From: Moniliella sp. 'wahieum'
Taxonomy: Eukaryota
DNA length: 64,000 bases
Direction of reading: 5' to 3'
Assembly: GCA_003971905.1 (NCBI GenBank)
Contig: RSEE01000061.1
Coordinates: forward strand, 62,001-126,000
The position numbers and the translations under genes are program-made. Every line of letters begins with the position of its first letter. Positions within the stretch are counted from its first letter, which is position 1. Below are positions 14,203 to 29,483 of this stretch, piece after piece. The notes beneath the pieces are model-generated. The model did no database searches. It was given only the letters and a program-made list of their open reading frames with translations, and had not been told where the DNA came from.

Positions 14203-16763
14203 ATGCTCACGACGCTGTTCCAGCCGTCGGAGCTCAAGATTCATCTGCTCCAGAACGTCATTTTCCTACACCCACCGGAGGGAGGGCCGCTGGCAACCGG
14301 GCTGAAGACGCGCCGCCACAAACAGACGATGAACTAGTCCGTGGTCTCATCGAACTTCACGTCCCCAGCGACCGCTACATTGGCGGCATCCGTGTCCGTC
14401 TCCGTGGTTCCGAGACAGTAGGCATCATGGACCCATCCAGCTCTTCCCACGTCCCCATCAGCTGGAGCGAGCGGGTCATCATGGATAAGACACTCGAGAT
14501 TGGTGTCCCCAATCATCACTCGACCAGCCACAGTCGGTCCACATCACGGGCCCCCTCCCCACCAGCTGGTCGAAGCCAGAGCCGGAACCGGCGCGACAGC
14601 ATTGATGGCCCCGACGCAGAGACCCGAGGTAGGGCATCATCCCGGGCCACGAGCCGGTCACGGAGGGATCCCAGTGTGACTGGTCTGGCTAGCGCGTTGG
14701 CCTCTGTTATGCGAGGACGTTCCTCCTCCAATCTTCTCGTCCTCAATCCTCTCCCAGCCGGGGCCGATCAGAATCTCGTCATACCTCTTCATCCCAAACT
14801 CGAAGGGATGAGAGTTTGGCCAACTCGTCAACAATTTCAGAACACAGCAGTTTAGCGATGAACCGACACAGCCAATCCCTTTCTCGCAACCGACCAAGTT
14901 TGATGAGGAGGAACCTCGTGGCCGTGCCTTCCACCGCCCGTCGACCGTGCCCGAGGAAGATGGTCCGTTACATACACACGGCCACTCCACCTCCTCTCAC
15001 CGCTCCATGAGCCTACTCCACCATTCCCATCATTCTTCTCACTCACTCCGCACGCCTAGTGCAGGATTCCTCAATCGTTCGGTATCCGGCCCTCGTGCGA
15101 GTGAGCACGAGGATGGTGACGATGTTGAAAGTGAAGGAATGTTCGTTGCCAAGGGTATTCACGGGTACGTTTCCCTCTTTTGGTTTGCTCTGCAGCTAAT
15201 TAACCGCCGGGATGCAGGTTTGAGTTTGCTTTATTTTGCCTTCGGACTGTGCCCCGTTTGAACGATCACCGTTTGGCGAGTACGCTACACGATCAAAGCA
15301 ACTGCATTTGGTGCGGGGCGGGCCAGAGCAATGTCGATGCGACTCGGGATATATTTCCCATGACGGTGCCCAGCATCGAGTCACCTTCGACGCGTTGGCG
15401 GTCATGTATCATGATGTTCACCCCACCGTCGGTCTGCTTAGCATCGCTTGTACTCCAACAACATCTCCGTGGTGGGATTTTCAATATCGATGTACACTCG
15501 CCGAAAGCACCCCCGATCTCATTGTCTATATGGTACGTGTCTCCCTCGAGACACAAGTGGACCTCTACACATCCAAACACGGCAAGCAGACCGTTCCTCA
15601 TATCAAACATCGTCTCTTTGAGAAAGGGTTCGTACCCCACACACCCGCCGAGATGGATGCACATGATGCCAAGAGCGATTTCTCGGGGGTGCGGCAGCGA
15701 CCACGCTTGGTCTGTGCAAGGGATTGCCCGTATCCCTAATGACGACGTCATCCGGCCCACCACCCTTCCTGGGTCGAAAGGAGACATTCGTTTCACCCCT
15801 CTTTTAACGTCGAGATCATTCACTCCCGCGACCCTACATTTGATGATCTACCCGCCGACGCTGAGCGACGAACTCAAGGCATTCACCTGGCAGCCCGTCA
15901 TTATCCGTCTGCTGGTGTGCTACAGCGCAGTGACGTTGCCCCGGTATCAAGAGAAGTCGCCCTTGTCCACGGGAAGGGTGTGAACCCCGCTCGTACCAAG
16001 TCGCTGATGAATTGATTCAGCGAAGAGTCGCCGTGGACCGCTTCCGCCGGCCCGCTCCAGCCCGGCACCCACGAATTTTGTGTGTGTGGCATGAGCCTGG
16101 CTGACTTGGAGGCTCAAGAAAAAAATGTATTGGCCAGGGACGCCTGGGGACGATGTTCCCGTCAACCAACTACGAAACCATGGAAAAATTGGCGAGTATA
16201 CTCCGGTGGACGACTCAGCAGCGCAGCGTAACTCCGTTGCTGGGCCTTCTTCCAACCAAGGGGCTCCACCCACCCACCAGCGTCTGGGTTAAGTACCCCG
16301 ACGGTGTCTCCCACTGCACCTCACGAGCCCCCTCTACTGATATGCCCTCTTGGATCCATCCAGTTCACACTCACCCATACCAAAGTGCAGCCCACGGTTC
16401 CTCTGTCCGCAAGTATAACGAGGAGAAAGTCAAGGAAGGTACACACTCGATTGACACATCTGACCCACCTCGGAAGAGCACGGTGCGAGACAATCTCGAT
16501 GGCTCTGTGGTAACTGGCTGCCTCTTGCTCCCACACCCGGCGGGTCAGGAATGACTACCCCCAGCCGCGGCATGTCTCGCTCCCGCTCCCAATCTCGCGC
16601 TCGGGGTCGCCAGGCTGATCTGGCCGACGCCATCCCTCGCCTCAACTCATTGGCCGAGAGCGCCGAGAACGACAACATGCCCCCGTCGTACGAGTCAGTA
16701 CTGAATCAACCAGAAGAGGAGGGCCAGGCTGCGCCGCCAGTGGAAGAACGGGATCCTGCCTGA
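14203..16763 (+). CDS. alpha-arrestin-like adaptor with PY motifs, heavily frameshifted
   Basis: N-terminal LKIHLLQNVIFLHP / VRGLIELHVPSDRYIGGIRVRL and F-x-F-x-LPSDCAPFERSPFG arrestin-N features, Ser/Arg-rich inserts, and a C-terminal PPSY. Confidence 0.7.
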
Positions 16764-17056
16764 ATCCGACATTCACGTGCTTAGCTAGAGGCTAAGCAAA
16801 GGTCACGGTTACTAGGGGTACTTGTGTTGCACTACATTAATTACATGGAAATAACCATCCGTCCGTGGGGGCCATACGCATTGCCCACGCACTGCACCGC
16901 ACTGCCCCTTCTCGCGCGCCACATCACAGCTGCATCACATATATTAAACAAACTGAGTGCTGACGTAACGCCCTTGGGTTGAATATTGAATCTGCTCGCT
17001 CGCCCAAGAGGCGATCTTTTGGCTCTTGACTACCATCGTGGCCAAGTCCAGCTGCA

Positions 17057-19127
17057 ATGGTCGATTCGGGGATTGACTCCTCCGAGCTCAGTGCCCTCGA
17101 AGTAGCAGCTGCCGAGGAGCTGGACGGAATGTCGCCTGAGGAGGCAGAGCGCTTTGTCCAGCGTCTCACAGCCGAAGGTACGCTGCGTGTGCTCTTATTT
17201 TATGTTTCTCCCCCGGCCCAACCCCAATAAACTGACCTTTCTGATACCCAGCGGAGGCTGACTTCCCTCCGGAAAGACTTGCTCGTCTGGATGAAGAGCT
17301 TCAGGACCTCGGGATTTCTCTTTGGATCCAGCGCCATGTCATTCAATCCGACTTCAGTGTGCGTGTTCTCAGATCCGTCAAACTGAAAGGCACTAACACC
17401 CAGCTCTTCTATTTCACCATTCAGATTCGCAACTTCTCATTGCCAAGGGTTCTACTGGTACGCTGCACTCCTTGAGTTGTAATCATTACTGACTGGTGTG
17501 CCATGCAGCCTTATGACTTCATTGGGGTCGAGATTCCGTCGGTTCGCCTGGTGGCGGTACTTAAAACGGTCTTGATGCGATTGTGAGTGTGACTTCCAGC
17601 CTGCAAATCTGCTCTGGTTATTGACCTTTGAAGGTATGAACGACTAGGCTACGTCATCGCAACCGATTGATGCAGTACAACTCGCCCGAGGATGCCGTCA
17701 ACCTGATCCGTAACGCCACAATATCGTTGTTCTGACGGGGGCAGGTATTAGCGTTTCCTGCGGGATTCCCGATTTTCGTTCTCGTGATGGTATCTACTCG
17801 TCGCTCGAGGGTAAGTATGGTCTGGACAAGCCTGAAGACATGTTTGACAAGTCCAGTTCATGTCCAACCCAAGTATATTCTTTGATTTTGCGTAAGTGTT
17901 TCCCTTTCCTGGGTAAGGATGACGGGCTAACGATCCTATTAGCCATACCATCTACCCATCGAATTTCAAACCGTCTGCTTCCCATCGTTTTGTCAAGCTT
18001 TTGCAAGACAAGGGCAAGTTGCTGCGCAACTATACTCAGAACATTGACACGCTCGAGCAATCCGCTGGGATCACGCGCGTATTGCAGTGCCACGGAAGCT
18101 TTGCCACAGCGACCTGCACCAACCCTCTGTGCGCAAGCGGGTCGATGGAAGCGAGATCAAGGATGCCATCTTTGCCAAAGAGGTGCCGATGTGTCCCGAT
18201 TGTCAGGCCCGGCGTGCTGGGAGAGAAAACAAACGACGTAAGAAGGCCAAGGTGAGCTCGAATGGTGCTGCTCTCTGGGTGACCCAGGATCAGACAGTGA
18301 AGATGACGAGCCACCTGGCATGGGTGTACTAAAGTACGCGATCCGTCCTCGCCCTGCACATTTGCGACTTTTGATAACTCACCTGCCTTCTTTTATCCTA
18401 GCCTGATATCACTTTCTTTGGTGAGGCACTTTCCCGCCAGTTTGATCAGCTTCTCGAAGCGGATAGGCCCGTGGCCGACTTGATCATTGTAGCCGGCACT
18501 TCCCTCAAGGTTGCTCCTGTTGCCGAGCTGTTGACCTTCATGCCCCATCGGGTGCCGGTCATTGTAATCAACAAGACGCCCATCATGCACTTCCAGACTG
18601 ACATTATGTTGTTGGGAGCTCTGACGTGGTGGTGACGTGGCTGGCCAAAGAGCTCGGGTGGGACCTCCCCGGTGCTGACGCTTCCCCGCGCGCGGTCGAA
18701 TCCACGCCAACCGAAACGAACAATGGGACAAGCCGTGCGGATACCGATGCATTGACCAAGAAAGTTGTCACCCCAGACGTTCCCTTCTCCGCATCCGTGA
18801 TCGAACCTACCAAATGGGACGGAGCGTACGTTGTCTGTGTCTCTTTAATTTGCTTTATCCGTATCTGACCTTGTACACTTAGCGACTACATCTGGACATG
18901 GCCCGACGCTGAGCTGGACATGCTCGAAAGGATGCGCGCGCCAAGCAGATGATTCTCTTGACTCGGAGCCTGGCAGGATGAGTCTGAGCAGGATGGGTCT
19001 GGGCAAGAGGAGACTGACCAAGAGGTACCTGAGCAGGGTCGCAGGGCACCAACGGCCTGAGCAGGAGGGAGACGAGCAGAGGAAGCTGAGCAGGAGAAAG
19101 AGAACAGCGAGGGGATGCTCAAACTGA
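17057..19127 (+). CDS. SIR2: NAD-dependent deacetylase, Sir2/Hst1-type sirtuin, multi-exon
   Basis: [15 protein letters not shown] (~17740), [33 protein letters not shown] and GTSLKVAPV. Gene ends are approximate. Confidence 0.9.
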
Positions 19128-19440
19128 ATCGGTCGCTGATGCGTCAAGTACCACAAAGAGCGCGCCTTCTACAAGTACTGACGCCACCTAAATGCGTCCT
19201 GTAACGATCTGTTTTTTGCTGGTGCAATGGGCGCTTCTCTGTGCTGTGACTTTTCGGGGGATAACAAATGACAGGCGGTTGAAGGGAGCGTGTTGCAGGC
19301 GGAACGGATCCGCTCTTCGTCATTGGCTCTTGTCTATACGAGTATTGGTAAACAAATCGCCTGCTTACAGCCTATAGGATGGTTCAAAGCGCAGTATCAT
19401 ATTGACTCGGATGCAATCATAGCAGGGCGCAAAGTGTTCT

Positions 19441-21916
19441 TTAAGCGACGGCCTTAACCAAACGCGCCTTTTCAGCATCGCTGTGGTTGAGTAGAATGTC
19501 AAGGTGCTTGAGGTCGTCAGGGACAAAGCGCAGAAGGTACTTGGCGTTTTCAGGGTAATCAACAACACGAGAGTGGCTGATGATGAGGCTGTTGAAAATG
19601 CGGACCAAGAGCAAGTCGTGCAGCAACTCGGCTTCCTCGGGCAGAAGCTTGACCACCTCATTGTACCCCTTGAGGAACGCAATGGCGCCTCAAGAGGATC
19701 CTCGCTGCCAATGCCCAAATGATAGTATGCTCCAATGGCCGCGTCAAACACAATCGCTGTCTCGACTGCATCGCCAAAGTCGATGATGCCCGTGATCTCC
19801 TCGGGGTGGTCAGCGTCAACCATGGAGTTGTAAGCCGAGTGATCGTTGTGGACCAGTTGGCGACGGAATGTGTGAAGTTTGGGCTGGATCTTTTCTTGGA
19901 ACATGGCATAGACCCGCTCCAACTTCTCGCGCGTGGCAGGGTCCTTGATCACGTCAATGCTCTTGTAGTTGATCGGGGCGTGCTGCAAGTCCCACACTTG
20001 AATGTTGTGCATGCCTGGGTGAGAGAAACCCTCCAAACCCTTTGTCACCTTGGCCGCCTCACGACCATGGTTGCCAGCTTGCGCAACAGAGCGCGGGGCA
20101 TCAATCATGACAATGCCGGGAAGGAAAGAGTTGACGCGCACGTACCGCTTTTGCCCTAGGCAGTCAATGTGCAGCTCATTCTCCCCAGTAAGGGCCGGGA
20201 TCTGACGAGGCACCTTGACATCCGGAGCATTCCGACCCAACCAAAGGATCAGCTCGGTTTGCAAGTTGGAGTCGTCGTGCGATTCGCCTGGATTGGCAAA
20301 CTTGATCATTAGCGCTCCGTTACCCGACTTGGCCTTAGCCGAGAAAGTCTGGTCTCGTTCGCTGTTGTGCTTGTGAGCCTTGCCATCAAACCCGTAAAAC
20401 TCGTTAAGGATCCCTCGGCAAAGTCAGTCGAGAGTGGGATCTGCTTGGCTGCCAACCCGTCTTCATTGCGGTCGGTGTGCACCGCAGCTTTGCCGCACAA
20501 CTTTTCCATGGTCGCTTTGAGCCCATTGATCAACTCATCTGCCTCCTTCTGGTTAAAGGAGATGAGGGGACGGATCTTAAGCGTCGCCCCCTCGGGGCCC
20601 ATGGTCGAGATCAGGATCCGACGCTCCCGCATCTCTCGCACCACTTCTGCCGCAAGCGCTGCATCAGGTTCTTTGGTAATACGATCCTTGACGTACTCCA
20701 CTCCAAAGTACATCCCGGCACCACGGACATGGCCGATCTGGGGATAGCCCAACTGAATCTCGCGGAACGCATTGAGAATGTACTCGCCCATCTTGCGCGA
20801 GTTTTCCGAAGCCCACCTTGGATTCGTCTAGGGTCGCCTTCGCAGCCGCAATAGACACAGGGTTGCCAGCAAATGTGTTGAAGTACCTAACTTTCTCGCC
20901 AAATTCGTCAAGCAGCTCAGGACGAGCGACCATGGCCGCGATGGGGATGCCATTGCCCATCGGCTTGCCCATTACCACCAAGTCAGGCTTGATCCCGTGC
21001 CGCTGGTATCCCCACATGTGAGTACCCGTCCGGCCAAATCCGGGCTGGACCTCGTCGGCAATGAAGAGACCCCCACGCTTGTGAACTGTGTCGATGGCCC
21101 CTGGAGGAACCCGCAGGCTCGGTAAAGAGGCCATCAGTGCTGAAAGCCATGTCGGCAATGAACCCGCAAACTTGATCCCGTGTTTTTCCATGTCGTCCAC
21201 AGCCGCATTGATGTCATCCACCAACTGCTTGGCCACATCGTCGCAGCGATACTGGTCTGGAGCACGGACCGTGCGCACGTCGCGGTCGAGCGGAACATGC
21301 GTACCCATCGTTGAGGAGATGGCTGCAACGCGGTCTGTGTTCCATGGTACGCATAGCTTGTCACGATGATCCCCGTGCCACCCGTGTTGAATTTGGCCAC
21401 CCGCAGAGCAAGGTCAACCGACTCGGACGCCGAGCAGGTGTACATGACACGGCCCAGATGGGGCTCAAAGGTGGCCAAAAGTTGGTCAGAGTAGTCCAGG
21501 ATGTTCTCATGCATGTACCGCGTATGCGTGTTGAGCGTCTGCATCTGTTTGTATACAGCCTCCACCACCCGGGGATTGCAGTGCCCAACAGAGACGACAT
21601 TGTTGTAGCAATCGAGGTAGGCGTTGCCCTGAGGATCGTACATGTACGACCCTTGCCCTTGACGAGCTCAACCGGATGCTGGTACATGAGCTGGTAAGAA
21701 GGTCCCATTGTCTTCTCGCGACGCTTGATAATGCTCTGCTCGCGGGGGTGAGACTGGCGAGCGTCTTGGGGTCAAAGCCGTTGTGCATGCCCGTGCCAGC
21801 AGCTGCGCCGAGGGAGCTGGACAGGCGCACGGGCCCAGGGCCCAGGACGCGGCCCGGGGGAGCGCGGCCGATGGCAGGCGGCGCAGAGAGGTGCGCCCGA
21901 GACGAAGGGCGAACAT
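19441..21916 (-). CDS. Putative bifunctional class-III PLP phospho-lyase (ETNPPL/PHYKPL-like) fused to an APH-family amino-alcohol/hydroxylysine kinase (HYKK-like), with an N-terminal mitochondrial-type presequence
   Basis: PLP domain: YLDCYNNVVSVGH, NTHTRY, IADEVQPGFGRTG, MGKPMGNG, YFNTFAGNP, LKIRP. Kinase domain: ILNEFYG..SERDQTF..MIKFAN, LVHNDHSAYN, GIIDFGD. The two parts join across a 1-nt shift at the GAGGGA run near 20412. Confidence 0.8.
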
Positions 21917-22815
21917 GGCGGGAAAGGGGCGGGGGAAGGTGGGAGGGGGGTGGTGGTGGTGGGCAGGCAAGGTTCTTGAGTGCCGCCCACAGCGAACGGA
22001 AGCGAAATCCTGCCAGCCGGTATCGTCGGTTCAGCCGCGGGAAAACTCGCCTGGCCGCGAAGTAGCTATCAGATATCATCAGGCCTATGCTTGAACTCTG
22101 AAACTTGCAAGGACACCCGCACACTGCGCCCCTGCCGGGCACGCGGACATATAGTGGCACACTGGGCCAGTGCCGACGGGGGGGCTTCTGGGGCATGGGC
22201 GGATAATTGCCCGTCCGCACCAAGCCAGTATTAAGGAGTGTCTCTCCACCCAGAGATAGAGGGTGGTTTGGGTCTTTGCTCCTGTGCGACACTGTCGGCT
22301 GCGCACTGCTCCTTTCTCTGTCACACTGCAGCCCAGCGCACCCACCAGTACCATCTCTCTGTGTCTACTTTATCTCCATCTCCATCCTCACCCATGTCGG
22401 CCCCATCTCCCTCGCAGCTACAGCTCCCGGTTTCCAGCTTCTCCGCGCGTGATGCTCAGACCCACTCGCCCTTACTAGACACATCGATCTCATCGATCAT
22501 CCCTCATCGCCGCATCCGTGCGTCCCTCTTAGTTCCACCTGGAAGTATTTTTCCAAAAAGTTCCGCGTTCCTATCCTCGCTATCATTTGTCCGTGGCCTT
22601 GCCTGGTACCCAGTATGTATACATTGTCTGCTGCTCGCAGATAAAGGATGTATTGGGCTACAACGCGAAACCTGCCATGAATGTGTCGGAGCGTGCGAAC
22701 ATGTCAGAGCGGGCAGGTGTCCAGCTAATGTGTGTGATGGTGCTCGGTACAAATGCCGTAACCCAGGGACCGCTTGGGGTCAATGACCCGCTCGAGACTT
22801 CTCACAAGACTTCTA

Positions 22816-25302
<2,487 letters not shown>

Positions 25303-25726
25303 ATTGGGACTGATGTGCTTGGTTGCCCTAGGTCATTGTGGTGTGCCCACGTTGGTACGCCTCTCTATACAACCTAAATTTGCATCAGCTACCGCATTTG
25401 CGCTTGTGTACCATATAGTCCCGATCTCTTTACCGCACTTGGTGGTGTCGCAATGCCCAACTTACCCTTATGCACGCAACCGTGCTGTTCCACCTGCGAA
25501 GGCAGAAAAGAGAGGAGGAAAGACAAGGACATGTGCATTTCTAGGGGTGGTAGACGCTTGCAAACGCAGCAGCGTTGCACCCAGCCGACCCGATTGAGAG
25601 AAAAGGCAAAACAGGAAGATCAATCTGACCGATCAACGTGACGACATTCTGATTTGGAGGCCCCGCTCACTCGAGCTAGTAGCCTCGACCACAACCTACA
25701 TTCCATGCAGCTCCGCGGTCGTACGT

Positions 25727-28700
25727 TCAGCCCAGACGGCAATGGGACGGCTGGGTGACGGCGACACTGGACCCGATCATCGAAACGTTCTCCTCGTCTT
25801 GGGTCAACCGTGCGGCCCAGCTCTTTGCCTTCTCTGCCACCACCGCCGGGAGGGCCATCGCAATGTGAGCCAACGCGTGCGTATCTTCATGGTCCAACAG
25901 GGCGATAGCTAGGCACCGATAGAGGTCAGCAGGGAAGTAGTCTTGCTTGGCAAAGAAACAGGTAAGGCACAGGGGAAATACGTACTGACGCGTCGTGCTC
26001 CCGGACGGCGGTGCCCGGCCGCTGCGAGCGCGGCCTTGACAAGCGGGAAGATGCGTTCGCCAACCGCTTGCTTCTGGTCGGGCACACTGCGTTTTCCAGC
26101 CCGGCTAGCCACGCTTCGGTTTCAAAGCGATCTTGGTTGCCTTGCGGAGCGCGCGCTTGGGACATACCCGTGGGCAAGACCCCGCGGTGGGCCACGTCCA
26201 CCGCATACGCACGCACCAACTTGTCCACCTCCAACGCCGAAAGACGTGCCAGAGCGGCCACGCCAAGGGGTGGATCCATGTTGCGCCCAGGCGAATCCGT
26301 GCGCGATGAGGGCGCCTTGTGCTCCGACGAGAACCCGCGGGCGCTTTGCATGGAAACCGTCGCGGGCAAAGGCACGTTGGGCGACCCCATCTCCTGCAAG
26401 GACGGATGCGCAGGAGTCGGAGGAGGCGGAGGCGGAGGAGACCGCGAGAGAATAGCATCCGCAACAGTCGTCGGTTGCTTCGCCCATGGCTTGGTCTGGG
26501 TGGGAGCAGGTGGGTCGGGTGTAAAGGCCCAGGGGCGTTGGGCCTCAATCTTGGCCAGCGCATCGTGGAGCTTTTTGCGAGAAATGAGCACCCGGCGCCG
26601 GACATCCTTGGGCAGCATAACAAGCGCCGCCACAGCTGCGCTGCACTGCTCGGACGTTCCTGAAGGGTAGGCGGCGCGGACCTTGGCAAGGAGGGCCTTG
26701 CGCTCCGAGGCGGAAGCGCCCTTGGTCACCGTCCCCTCCTGGGTCGCACGCAAGGGAACAGGATTGGGCGGCGTCTGCAACAGTTCGGCCAACATGGTGC
26801 CCGGTCCAGCGTCCAGGACGATGGAGCCGCCCAACGCAAGGTCGTCCCAGCCCTTGGTGGGGGGAGCAGGGGCATGGTGGGTTGAGAAGGCGCAGGACCC
26901 TCGGGGCTGGGCAGCGAGGGCGGGACATCGAAGCGGACCTTGTTGGTGGGCGACGCAGCACTGCTGCTAGGTTGCTGGCCAACGCGCGCTTTGTGCTGTG
27001 CGGTGCGTACGGCCTGGGCGAGCGCATGGGGGTGGTTCAGCGCATATAGCAGCGCTTCGGAAGAGAGGGAGCTAGCGATCCCCTCTGTTACCGCTGCCAC
27101 ACGCGCATCGAGGCCCAAGATGGCCGCCGCTCCTTCGGCCCCACGGTTGGCTTCCAGCACATGCGGGTGGGCAGCCCCAGTGCCAGCGGTGGGTGCAAAC
27201 GCTGCTTCCGTCTGAGCGGCTGCTTGGAACAGTTCTGCCGCTGATGCGCCGGGTGCCGGGCCCATGGGTCGAAGCAGCGCACGCACTCCCCTCTCCAACA
27301 GGGCTGAAACCACTTGATCCTTGACCTTGGGGGGCAGGCGGAGCAAATGTTCCTCTGTCAGTTCCCCAACTGGTGCGACGTCGCCCGCAGGAGTGGCTTC
27401 CTCGGTGGAGGTTGCTGCCTTTGGCACCGCTCCCGTTACCGTGTCCTCAGTAGCTTTCTTGGGAGGAGCCAAAACCGGTACCGACTGCTTGTCGCCAGAC
27501 TTGGATGGACTGGCTGCACTGCTGAGAGGAGGCACCTTGGTCGGTCCCGGTAACGGAGAAAAGAGAGTCGGGATGGAAGGTTCGATGGGTGGTCCCAGCG
27601 GCTGCGCTTTGACCGCCGGCGTTGGGGTAGGGGTACGAGGTAGCAGCAAGGGCGAGGGCGCTTCGCGTCGTGGCGTTTCGGAGGCCCTTTTGCTCTCCGT
27701 AGAAGCGGTCGGGGAGCGGGGCACGAACGGTCGGACGGGTGGCTTGAGTTGGGGCGTCGAGGGAAGGGGAACGTTTTCCGGCGCCGGCGAGGGGGAAAGG
27801 AGGTTGGGCGTGGGCGGGTCGGGGTCCTCGTGCTCTTTGTGGACGGATTTGGAGGCAGTCAACAAACTTGGCTGGTTCTCGTCGCGCACGGCCGCCTCGA
27901 TGGTAATGGCTGGTATGTCCGTGTCCTCCGCGTCGGTCACGGTGGGTAAGGTAGGATTAAAGTGTTTTCCAGCGAGGCATAGACCGAGGTGCGAAAGTTG
28001 GCCTTGGCCACTGCGGGCGTGAGCGGGGTCAAGGGCGGGGACGATGCGGCGGGGTGCGGGTGGGCGGTCAGAAGAGGGGTAGAGGTGGCCGGAGGAGCGC
28101 GATGAGAGGTCAAAAGCGGTGTGACCGGCCCGACCGATACGAGGTGTCATGAGCGGGCCCAGGATGGGCGTCGCGGCCAACAGAGGGGTCTGGGGGGGGA
28201 TGCCTGACGTGCCAGACGCTCGCGGCTTGATGACCAAGTGGGGAAGCAGAGTCTTTGTTGAGGAAGAGGCAGCCGAAGTGCCGTTCACATGGGACTCGTA
28301 CATCTTTTTCCACTCCTCGTAGGCATACACCGTGATCGGTCCCGGCGGCTGATCTTGCTCATCTTCCTGGTGGGACTCGACCCAGGCAGCGACCTTGCTG
28401 CTCAGCCGAGTGGCCGCAGCCGGCGCATAAAACTGAACTAGGACCGCCGTCTGTTTTTTCTTCGATTCTGGTTTTCCAGGACCATCACTCGGGGCGGACT
28501 GCTGTCCCTCAGGAACAGAGGCGAGGGAGGCAGTGCGGGCATGGGGGATGGGTACATTGTTCCGACGAACGTCCAGGCGTCGCACCGGCCCCGCTTGACG
28601 GACGAGACTCCAAAGCTGTTGGGTTACCGTCAGGGACGGAGGAAGGGGGTAGACGATGCGTGTGCAAGCCGTAATCCAATCGGTTGGGTCCGTTCAATCG

Positions 28701-29054
28701 GACGGCCGATTCCTCCCGGTGGCGGGGCAACGCGGACGGGGCCCGAGGTGCCGCCGAGCGTGGCCAGAGCCAGTTCGGCTTTGTCGAGGGTCTGGAAGAA
28801 GACTTTACCACAGCTGTTGCCCGTGTCGGACTCGGCGGGGGAGAGATCAAACTTGACGGGGAGGCAGTGGGCAAAGGCGACCTGGGCAAGCATTTGGGGG
28901 GTAGCATGGGGGGGGATCTGCTTGAGAAGGAGGACGGGGGCCTTGAGCGGCCGCCAGTCGGGCGGGGGAAGTCGACGAGGGAGACGACTCGTTTGGGCGC
29001 GGCGGGCGTCCATTCGGGCGGAGGGGCAGGCGGGACGCTGAGGGCAGCAGCCAT
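25727..29054 (-). CDS. Rrm4-like RNA-transport protein: degenerate RRM(s) plus three MLLE/PABC-like modules; intron 25909-25985
   Basis: RRM-like LLLKQIPPHATPQML...GKVFFQTLDKAELALATL. After splicing, the C-terminal QKQAVGERIFPLVK...GARRVTIALLDHEDTHALAHI...VAEKA resembles the last MLLE of Ustilago Rrm4 (comparison from recall). Two further MLLE-like helical blocks lie upstream. Confidence 0.65.
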
Positions 29055-29483
29055 GGCCGTCGGCAAGGGTGGTGGTGGTGGTGTGGGTGGTGGGGGTGGG
29101 GTTGGTCAGAGCCGGGGCTGGAGGAGGCAAGCAGAAGGTACTATGCGTTTTATCCAGCCAGCAGCGCAAGAAGGGGGCGGCGCGCGTTAACTAATTAAAG
29201 CAGGGGGGCGGTGCACCCCCCGTGCGGGGAGAGGCGGGGGGGTGGGGTGGGCACTGGGGCGCTGTCGGCGCAGTGCCCACCGCCGCCGCCCGCAGCGCCA
29301 GCGGCAGAAGCGCATGCATAAGCCCCTGGCCGCTGCGCTGTGGCCCCCGTGCATGCCGGCAGCCTATCCCATCCCGCGCCTCGGCACACCCCAATCGCTC
29401 TCTCTCGCAGCAATCCTATGGCATCTGCGCAGCCCACACAAACTGGTACGATCAAACCGCCTCCTCCATCTCTTCCCCCCCGC

